A stretch of 64,000 bases of DNA from a virus. Lineage: Duplodnaviria; Caudoviricetes. This document shows positions 56,778-64,000 of this stretch, one piece after another. Within the stretch, counting starts at the first letter, position 1, and each line of letters starts with the position of its first letter. The notes under the pieces are model-generated. The model ran no database searches. It was given only the letters and a program-made list of their open reading frames with translations, and had not been told where the DNA came from. Made by a program: the position numbers and the translations under genes. The stretch is taken from positions 20,270 to 84,269 of IMG/VR virus record IMGVR_UViG_2667528183_000003. One strand, written 5' to 3'.

Positions 56778-57043
56778 ACACTTACAGCGCCCCTCTCCGG
56801 TGGCGCGGAGAGCAATCGTGCGGATTTCGGAGCACCGTGACCGGCCGTTTCGGTTGATCGTGACCGGTCATTTCGCTAACGCGTGACCGCTCATTTCGGT
56901 AGCAACGTGACCGATTTTCCGCCTGTTCCGAAACAGGTGGTCACGGCTTACCGAAATCGCCGGTCACGACTTAGCGAAAGCCTTCCCCTTCGTTGCGCAT
57001 GACCTGATGCGCCGCCATCCTCGACCGATTTCGGGAGAGGAAG

Positions 57044-58729
57044 ATGGCGGCGCCGCGAGTAGCCATGCGAAACATCAAAGAATGTCTGCGCCTCAAGTTT
57101 GAGGCCGGCTTGTCCCACGAGAAGATTGCCCGTGCCTTGCAGCTGTCCAAGGGCGTGGTTAGCAAGTACATCGCGGCGGCGCGGGTGGCCGGGCTGGACT
57201 GGCCGGCGCTGGTGGCCATGGACGAGGCCGCGCTGGCGGCCGCCTTGTTTGCACCGACGTCGACGAACAAGCCGCGCGGTGAGCGAGTGCTGCCCGATGT
57301 GCTGAGCATCCACCGCGAGTTGCGACGCAAGGGCGTGACCTTGCAGCTGCTGTGGGAGGAATATCTCGCCGCGCATGCGGGCCAGCCGACCTACCGCTAC
57401 ACCCAGTTCGTCGAGCACTACCGGCGCTACGCCCAGACGCTCAAACGTTCGATGCGTCAGCTGCACCGTGCGGGCGAGAAGCTATTCATCGACTATGCCG
57501 GGCCGACGCTGCCGGTGGTCGACCCGGCCACCGGCGAAGTGCGCCGGGCGCACATCTTCGTCGCCGCCCTGGGCGCCTCGAATTACACCTATGCCTGCGC
57601 GACGCCAGGCGAAACCCAGGTGGACTGGCTGACCTCGCTGGGCCAGGCTCTGACCTACTTTGGCGGCGTGCCGGAAATGGTTGTGCCGGACAATCCGCGC
57701 GCCCTGGTCGCCCAGCCGGATCGCTACGAGCCGGGCCTGAACCGGGCCACGCTGGAGTGCGCGCGTCATTACCAGACGGTGATCCTGCCGGCACGGCCAC
57801 GCAAGCCTCAGGACAAGGCCAAGGCCGAGGTGGCGGTGCAGGTGGTCGAGCGCTGGATCATGGCGCGGCTGCGCCATCGGCAGTTCTTCAGCCTGCATGC
57901 GCTTAACCAGGCCATCGCCGAGCTGCTGGAGGATCTGAATCGGCGCCCGTTCAAGCGGCTCGATGGCTGCCGGCGCGACTGGTTCGAGCGCCTGGATCGC
58001 CCGGCCTTGCGAGCGCTGCCGGTGCATCCCTACGAGGTCGCCACCTTCAAGCGCTGCAAGGTCAGCATCGACTACCACATCGAGGTCAATGGCAGCTTCT
58101 ACAGCGTGCCCTCCGCCCTGGCCCGGCAGAACGTGGACGTGCGACTGACGGCACACACCCTGGAAGTGCTGCATGGCAACCGGCGGGTGGCCAGCCACCT
58201 GCTGCTGGGGCGACGCGGCGCTTACAGTACCCAGCGCGAGCACATGCCCGCGGCGCACCAGGCGCATCGCGAATGGACGCCACAACGCCTGCTCGACTGG
58301 GGCGCGCGGATCGGCCCCTACACGCGCCAACTGATCGATCACCAACTGACCCACAAGCCGCACCCGGAGATGGGCTACCGCGCCTGCCTCGGCCTGCTCT
58401 CGCTGGCCCGGCGCTATGGCAATGCACGCCTGGAAGCCGCTGCCGAACGTGCCGTACACCTGCGCGCCTTCACCGGGCGCAGCGTGCGCAACCTGCTCCA
58501 GCAAGGCCTGGATCAACAGCCGCTGCCCCAGCGTGCCGCCGAAACGACCTTACCCGGCGACCACGAGAACGTCCGTGGCGCCGACTACTACCAACCCCCG
58601 CAACAGGAGCTGTTCGATGATGCCGCAACACACCCTGAATCAACTGCACCAGCTACGCCTGGACGGCATGGCCCGCGCCCTGGAAGAGCAATGGACGCTG
58701 CCGGCCAGCCACAGCCTGAGCTTCGATGA
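57044..58729 (+). CDS. istA: IS21 transposase IstA
   Basis: Translation identical to 9699-11384. Confidence 0.95.
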   Translation: MAAPRVAMRNIKECLRLKFEAGLSHEKIARALQLSKGVVSKYIAAARVAGLDWPALVAMDEAALAAALFAPTSTNKPRGERVLPDVLSIHRELRRKGVTLQLLWEEYLAAHAGQPTYRYTQFVEHYRRYAQTLKRSMRQLHRAGEKLFIDYAGPTLPVVDPATGEVRRAHIFVAALGASNYTYACATPGETQVDWLTSLGQALTYFGGVPEMVVPDNPRALVAQPDRYEPGLNRATLECARHYQTVILPARPRKPQDKAKAEVAVQVVERWIMARLRHRQFFSLHALNQAIAELLEDLNRRPFKRLDGCRRDWFERLDRPALRALPVHPYEVATFKRCKVSIDYHIEVNGSFYSVPSALARQNVDVRLTAHTLEVLHGNRRVASHLLLGRRGAYSTQREHMPAAHQAHREWTPQRLLDWGARIGPYTRQLIDHQLTHKPHPEMGYRACLGLLSLARRYGNARLEAAAERAVHLRAFTGRSVRNLLQQGLDQQPLPQRAAETTLPGDHENVRGADYYQPPQQELFDDAATHPESTAPATPGRHGPRPGRAMDAAGQPQPELR

Positions 58730-59366
58730 ACGCCTCGGCCTACTGCTCGACCGCGAACTGGCCTGGCGTGACAACCAGCGCCTGGTACGGCTGCGCAAGA
58801 AGGCCAAGCTCAAGTACGCCAACGCCTGCCTGGAAGATCTCGACCGCCGCACCGGACGCGCCCTGGACGAGCGTCTGATCGCCACCCTGGCCAGTGGCGA
58901 CTGGATCCGCCAGCAGCACAACCTGCTGCTGACCGGCCCGACCGGTGCCGGCAAAACCTGGCTGGCCTGCGCCCTGGGCAACCAGGCCTGCCGCCAGGGC
59001 TATAGCACCCTGTACCTGCGCACCCCGCGCCTGCTGGAACAACTGCGCATCGCTCATGGCGACGGCAGCTTCGGCCGTACCCTGCAACAGCTGGCAAAGG
59101 TCGACGTCCTGGTGCTGGACGACTGGGCGCTAGCCCCGCTGGAGGAAGGAGCCCGGCATGACCTGCTGGAGGTGATCGACGACCGCGCTGGCAGCCGCTC
59201 CACCATCCTGACGAGCCAACTGCCCATCGAGCACTGGCACGGCTGGATCAACGACCCGACCCTGGCCGATGCCATCCTCGACCGCCTGGTGCACAACGCC
59301 TACCGACTGACGATGAAAGGCGAGTCGCTGCGCCGAAAAAAAGCCGAGGAACAAGCCGCATCGTGA
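58617..59366 (+). CDS. istB: IS21 helper ATPase IstB
   Basis: Translation identical to 11272-12021. Confidence 0.95.
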   Translation: MMPQHTLNQLHQLRLDGMARALEEQWTLPASHSLSFDERLGLLLDRELAWRDNQRLVRLRKKAKLKYANACLEDLDRRTGRALDERLIATLASGDWIRQQHNLLLTGPTGAGKTWLACALGNQACRQGYSTLYLRTPRLLEQLRIAHGDGSFGRTLQQLAKVDVLVLDDWALAPLEEGARHDLLEVIDDRAGSRSTILTSQLPIEHWHGWINDPTLADAILDRLVHNAYRLTMKGESLRRKKAEEQAAS

Positions 59367-59459
59367 CCGATGCGATTACAATCCAGAACCCGCGCAACCG
59401 GGGTGGAAGCACCGGTCACGTATTAGCGAAACGCTCGGTCACGTTCACCGAAATCCGCA

Positions 59460-59561
59460 GCCATCTCGAATGACACGCATAGCCTCCCAGACACGCTGGC
59501 GATTGCCCTTCTTACCGTGCATTTCCAGATCAATTGGTTTACGACCACGACCGCCAGCCAT
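59460..59561 (-). pseudogene. 5' fragment of the gene downstream of transposase B, cut by the IS
   Basis: TAATG-coupled ORF MAGGRGRKPIDLEMHGKKGNRQRVWEAMRVIRDG runs into the IS end. Confidence 0.7.
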
Positions 59562-60283
59562 TACGAAACCCTCCGCACAGGAGCGTCGCCGGTGAACCAC
59601 TCCCGATGGCCCCAGGTCGCAAGGTCAACCTTGTCCCAGCATTGGGTTTGGGCTTCGTTGTAAACGCGGTACAGGTTGACCGCGACACGGCGCAGACAGC
59701 CTTTAACCTTCTTGCGCAGGTCTTCTAGCAGATCGTCGGCGAAGTGCAGGCCGGGGTAACTGGCCTGGGCCAAGGCGTGTATGTCGTGAAGCGTGGCAGG
59801 CTGGGCAGGCACCCACTCCAGCACACGGTTATGCAGGCGCTCCAGCCTGGCCAGGCTGCTAGGCACTCGTTCTTCACCGATCAACACGATGGTGCCTTGG
59901 CTGGCGTTGTAGATATCGGTCAGAACGTTGGCTATGGATTTCTCAAGCAGGTACTGCACGTCATCGATCAGCAGCGGGCGCCCGCTGCGCGACAGTTGTT
60001 CGGCGATCTGGTCCACCATCAGCGACAGGGTGCGTTCAGGTGTGATGCTCATTTCGTGCAGGATGGCTTGCAGGAAAGCCTTTTTGCTCCAGGTGTCGCG
60101 GCACTCGACGTAATAGGCGCGATGCTGGTTTGCGGCGAAGGCAGCGCCAACGCTTTTGCCCAAGCCGGTGGGGCCATGCATCACGACAACACCGGGCAGC
60201 CCCTGTGGGCGTTTGAGGGCGCGTTCGATAGCGGCAGACAACAGGCCAACGTTGGTCAGTGGAACAATCTTGGGAAAACTCAT
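59561..60283 (-). CDS. MuB-like transposition AAA ATPase
   Basis: GPTGLGKS Walker A; LLIDD Walker B; IVLIGE. Confidence 0.88.
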   Translation of the reverse strand: MSFPKIVPLTNVGLLSAAIERALKRPQGLPGVVVMHGPTGLGKSVGAAFAANQHRAYYVECRDTWSKKAFLQAILHEMSITPERTLSLMVDQIAEQLSRSGRPLLIDDVQYLLEKSIANVLTDIYNASQGTIVLIGEERVPSSLARLERLHNRVLEWVPAQPATLHDIHALAQASYPGLHFADDLLEDLRKKVKGCLRRVAVNLYRVYNEAQTQCWDKVDLATWGHREWFTGDAPVRRVS

Positions 60284-60301
60284 GTGAAAACTCCTTAGGG
60301 G

Positions 60302-62353
60302 TTAGGCTCTGGCTTGTTCTGCGTGGGCAAACATCCGCTGCATCGCGCTGTAGTCGGAATGTTTGGGCCAGCGTTCGTGCCACTGGGCTTGCTCGGGTGG
60401 TAGCGCTTCGCCGCCCTTCACGCGGCCATCGAGCTGCTGCCAAAGGCGGTACTTGGAAATAGGGTCGTTGGGGATTTCAAAGGCTGGAGCCTGTGGCGCG
60501 ACCAGCTGGGCGAAACGTTGTGCTTCGGCTAGCTGTGCCGGGGACAGCTCATAGCTGCTCGATGCCGTGGGAATGACGCGCATTTCAACGTCTTGCCCGG
60601 TGATGGTTTTGGCCTTTTTAACCAGGCGCGACAGCTGTCCGCGTTCGCGCTTCTCACTGGCTTTTTCAAGCATCGTTACCGGCATTGCTGGGCTGGCATT
60701 GCCATCCAGAATGGCTTCACCGATCAGCTCGCCATCAAGGGTATGCACCCATACACGGCTGGAGTCGCGGAAGTCATAGGCCACGCGGACTTCCTCGCCA
60801 TGGAAACCTTCCAGTTCTTTCAGGAAGTAGGTGCCGCTATTCCATTGCACCTGGGCGCGCCGAGCAGTGCGCAGGACCTGCGGACGGGTCAGGCTTTCAA
60901 CGATACTTGCGTCAGCCAGCAATGGCTCCCAGCCTTCGGCCTCGGCCTGTTTCCAGGCTTCCATGGGGCTTTGGTGACGCATGCGCAGCGTCTGTGGGTC
61001 GCGGAACTTCGGTAGGCCACGGTGTGGGCGCCGGTTGTAGTCGTCGAGTGCGCATTGCAGGTCGGCGAAGAACACCGAGAACTCCGGCACAACTGTTGGT
61101 GCCAAACCCAGCGCCAACTGCTTACGGGATAGCTTGTGGGCCTTGGTTCCGGCCTCCTTGTCCATATCGGCGCCGATGTAGCTGTCGAAGGTTTTAGCGA
61201 GCCTGACCAGGATGGTTTTGTGTGGGCGTTCAATCACGCCACGGGCTTGGGAGTTGTAAGGCAGCGAATGCGTGACGGTGCCGCCAAGACGGTCATTGGC
61301 TTCATAGACCACGGCGTTATCAAAGCCGCTGCCGTTGTCTACATAGAAAATCTTGTACATGCCGCAGCGGGTAACACCGTCGCGCAATGTGTCCAAGGTG
61401 GCCAATGTCGACTCAGCCAGGTTGACCGAAAAACCGGTGATTCGGCGTGTGCCCCAATCAATGATCATGGTGATTTCCGGCCGGAAGATCTGGCCGGTAA
61501 GAGGGTTGATAACCTCGGCGTCAAAGGTATGACCATCGGCAACCCAGACATCATTTGGCCAGAGCATGTCCGCCTTGCGGCGGTTGTACGCCTGTAGGGT
61601 TTTCAGCTCATGCGGCCCCATACGACCACGCTCGCGGGCCTCTGGAGACAGCTTTTTCAGCCAGCGGCGGACGGCGTGAATGCTCGGGCAGACGCTGGAG
61701 TGGACCTCTGAATGGATCTGTTTGAACTGCTCGTATGCCGCTTCAACGCTGGGCTTCTGCGGGCGCTGATAATGCTTCAGGAACTCGGCAGCCCAAGACG
61801 GGACGCTCATGTCCTGTTTGCGGCGTGCTGGTGCCAGTCCCATTTCCCCATGGGCGCGATAGTCCGCCAGCCACCGTTTCAGGGTGCGCTCCGAAAGTGT
61901 TCGGTCTTCTGTTTTGCGGTCGTTGGCCCGGACCACTTGCTCGGCAAGGTAGGGGCTCAGGTCGCCGGTTCGTGCCAGGGAGACCAGTGTGAGAATGGCG
62001 CGGTTCTGGCTGACCACCTTGCTCATGCGCTCTATTTCGCGCACGAATGACAGGCGTGCCGTCATGACCGAGATCTGCGAATCATTCAAGCGTGACGCTT
62101 TTTTAGCGTCACACCCTGAAAGAATCACATGTGTTTCAGCCGGTGCTTCTGGTGCACTGGCGGGAATTGAGGCAGCAATGAGAGCAGCCTGGGTTTTCTC
62201 CGGCAGCATCGCAAAGGAGTACTCGACAGCTTTGCTACCAAGTCGTTGCTGGCCCTCCCAGTTCTCCCGAGCAGCCATTGCCTTAACGTTGCGAGAAGTA
62301 CTCGGCAAGCCGGGCAGGCCTGCGAGTTCCTGGGCGGAATACCAATTACGCAT
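60302..62353 (-). CDS. MuA-like DDE transposase
   Basis: WYSAQELAGLPGLP Mu-HTH; W.ADGH, YVDNGSG, N.QARGVIER. Confidence 0.93.
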   Translation of the reverse strand: MRNWYSAQELAGLPGLPSTSRNVKAMAARENWEGQQRLGSKAVEYSFAMLPEKTQAALIAASIPASAPEAPAETHVILSGCDAKKASRLNDSQISVMTARLSFVREIERMSKVVSQNRAILTLVSLARTGDLSPYLAEQVVRANDRKTEDRTLSERTLKRWLADYRAHGEMGLAPARRKQDMSVPSWAAEFLKHYQRPQKPSVEAAYEQFKQIHSEVHSSVCPSIHAVRRWLKKLSPEARERGRMGPHELKTLQAYNRRKADMLWPNDVWVADGHTFDAEVINPLTGQIFRPEITMIIDWGTRRITGFSVNLAESTLATLDTLRDGVTRCGMYKIFYVDNGSGFDNAVVYEANDRLGGTVTHSLPYNSQARGVIERPHKTILVRLAKTFDSYIGADMDKEAGTKAHKLSRKQLALGLAPTVVPEFSVFFADLQCALDDYNRRPHRGLPKFRDPQTLRMRHQSPMEAWKQAEAEGWEPLLADASIVESLTRPQVLRTARRAQVQWNSGTYFLKELEGFHGEEVRVAYDFRDSSRVWVHTLDGELIGEAILDGNASPAMPVTMLEKASEKRERGQLSRLVKKAKTITGQDVEMRVIPTASSSYELSPAQLAEAQRFAQLVAPQAPAFEIPNDPISKYRLWQQLDGRVKGGEALPPEQAQWHERWPKHSDYSAMQRMFAHAEQARA

Positions 62354-62792
62354 GGCTGCCCCCTAACATACGCTTCAGTTCGCGGGCTTTTCGAGTAGCG
62401 TCTGCGGCGACTCTTTCCAGGCGACCAAGCTCAGCATCAAGTGCTTCGCGACCGTAAGAAACTCGTCCGCCACGCAGATGCACCAACCAGTCGGTCATCG
62501 CGTGAGTTGCACAAACCTCTTCAAGCAATGGCGCCCTATATAAAGGAAGGTTGTGCTCGGTACGGGCGGGACTCGACCATGCATCGAGCATGTTCTTGCT
62601 TACGTCGTCACCTGAAAGTCGCGACATACGAGCTGCAATCTCGTAACGGTCCAGCTCGGAGCCTTTGAGGATTTCGCTCACCAGCTCACTCACCGTCGCG
62701 GCGTAGTTGCCATGGCCAGGTATAGAAAGCACCGGCTGTGGAACAGAGAAGATGTCTAGTGTCCTGTCGTCTTTTACGCGGCGCATGTTCAC
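62346..62792 (-). CDS. Hypothetical regulatory protein between ner and A
   Basis: R..IAARMS.L.G.DVSK.MLDAW.S HTH-like. Confidence 0.65.
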   Translation of the reverse strand: MNMRRVKDDRTLDIFSVPQPVLSIPGHGNYAATVSELVSEILKGSELDRYEIAARMSRLSGDDVSKNMLDAWSSPARTEHNLPLYRAPLLEEVCATHAMTDWLVHLRGGRVSYGREALDAELGRLERVAADATRKARELKRMLGGSHA

Positions 62793-63139
62793 ACCCCCGC
62801 CACGGCTTTACAGTGTCGAAGGACATAGAGTGAGTTATGATCTTGATTACTGGCTGCTCTGCGTTCTGCACGGTTCGGGCAGATTCGATGAGGCTTACCA
62901 TCGGTGTTCCAGCGCTCGGGCCAGATGTCGATTGGCATTAAACCCAAAGCTTTTGCAATAGCTCTCTCCATACGTGGATAGGCGATGCGCTTTGTGTTCT
63001 TGAGGGCTTGGCCTGAAACATCCAGCTCGCGAGATAGCTTGGCCAGTGATGTACCGCGAGCACGTAATTGGTATTTGATCCATTCCCAACGCTGGGTCGG
63101 ATCAGACGGTATTTCGGCTTTGTTCATGTCGGCGTCCAT
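62789..63139 (-). CDS. ner: Ner-like DNA-binding protein
   Basis: IK..LR.RG.SLA.LSR; YPR.ER.IA.ALG..P..IWP.R. Confidence 0.85.
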   Translation of the reverse strand: MDADMNKAEIPSDPTQRWEWIKYQLRARGTSLAKLSRELDVSGQALKNTKRIAYPRMERAIAKALGLMPIDIWPERWNTDGKPHRICPNRAERRAASNQDHNSLYVLRHCKAVAGV

Positions 63140-63295
63140 TTACAACCACCTGGCAGGGTGGTTTTTTTGGGGTGTCTAACGTTTCCTAGGACATAAACAT
63201 AGCGCGGATAAATGTGCATATCAATCGGAAAAAAGAGCATCCGATTCTTTTTTATGCACCAAATGCACGAAAAAATATATAACGTAGAGAAATCA

Positions 63296-64000
63296 ATGGC
63301 TTACAAGGAATCGGATAAAACGGATGCTCCAAATACGCAGCATCCGATTCCAGCTGGTGCAATCGGATGCTTCCGCGAGCGGCTTAAAGAGGCTATGGGA
63401 GGAAGGGCTGCACGCGCATTTGCGCGTGACGTGGGTCTTTCAGAGGGAGCTATACGCAGTTATCTGAGCGGCGATACATACCCGACATTGGATAGGCTTG
63501 AGCAGATCGCCCAAGCAACCGGTGTATCGCCCATATGGCTAGCATTTGGCGAAAGCGAGCGCCCACAGCTAGTCATAGAGGACGCTACGTATAGCTACAT
63601 ACCGCTCTATGACGCGAAGTGCAGCGCGGGGCATGGGGCCTGGACCGACGATGCTCGAATCCTGACTCGCCTCGCCTTCACTACTTACTCTTTGCGCAAG
63701 CAGGGGCTCAGTCCGTCCAATCTTTCAGCTATCCGCGTTGACGGTGATTCTATGGAGGGTCTGCTGAGCGACGGCGATACAGTGCTGATTGACCATAGTC
63801 GTACGTCATTGGAGGGGGAGGCTGTCTATGTTGTTAGGCTTGACGACCACCTTTATGCCAAGCGCTTGCAGCGTCAGATAGGTGGAGGTATCGCTGTCAT
63901 CAGCGCCAATACGGCCTATCAAGTGATGACTGTAACGAAGGAACACCTTGATGATCTGGAAATCATCGGCCGTGTTGTGTGGGCTGGGGGCTGGCTATAG
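63296..64000 (+). CDS. Phage repressor, XRE HTH plus S24 peptidase (start uncertain)
   Basis: FRERL..HTH; SAGHG cleavage site; GDSM; KRL; IIGRVVW. Confidence 0.88.
   Translation: MAYKESDKTDAPNTQHPIPAGAIGCFRERLKEAMGGRAARAFARDVGLSEGAIRSYLSGDTYPTLDRLEQIAQATGVSPIWLAFGESERPQLVIEDATYSYIPLYDAKCSAGHGAWTDDARILTRLAFTTYSLRKQGLSPSNLSAIRVDGDSMEGLLSDGDTVLIDHSRTSLEGEAVYVVRLDDHLYAKRLQRQIGGGIAVISANTAYQVMTVTKEHLDDLEIIGRVVWAGGWL

Larger units (their letters stand above)
14792..56818 (-). mobile_element. Lambdoid prophage with contractile tail, truncated in its left early arm (no int/xis/recombination genes seen)
   Basis: cI-cro-cII-O-DnaB-nin-Q-holin-terminase-portal-capsid-sheath-tube-TMP-baseplate-fibre-lysin-Rz order. 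Confidence 0.9.
56819..59459 (+). mobile_element. IS21-family insertion sequence, copy 2 (no target duplication)
   Basis: Same ends and ORF translations as copy 1 (offset 47345); flanks GCAATCG / GCCATCT differ. Confidence 0.95.
59460..64000 (-). mobile_element. Early region of a Mu-like transposable prophage, truncated by the IS
   Basis: repressor / ner / A / B arrangement. Confidence 0.88.

Overview
The window is almost entirely prophage DNA, probably from a Pseudomonas. (1) <1-14703 (+): tail/baseplate module and right end of a Mu-like transposable prophage. Its baseplate-J gene is split by an IS21-family element (9474-12114, 7-bp target duplication). (2) 14792-56818: a lambdoid prophage with a contractile tail, bounded on the left by a 3' tRNA-Pro(GGG) att fragment. 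Its lysis, tail, head, nin and replication genes are on the minus strand. It also carries a P22-like immI (mnt/arc/sar/ant) module, a cI/cro switch with visible operators, and a pL operon on the plus strand. (3) 56819-59459: a second, apparently identical IS21 copy without a target duplication. It joins the truncated lambdoid left arm to (4) 59460-64000, the early region (B, A, ner, S24 repressor) of an oppositely oriented Mu-like prophage. The least explained features are non-coding: a 109-nt CCA-ending tRNA-like RNA with an 8/5 fold, complementary D/T loops and no anticodon arm in the late leader (41512-41620), and a structured element closed by a perfect 18-bp inverted repeat in the pL operon (54575-54704). 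A nin-region cassette (membrane protein, dNTP diphosphohydrolase, HTH-metallophosphoesterase) is also unexplained. All family assignments come from motif recognition and synteny; no database search was run.
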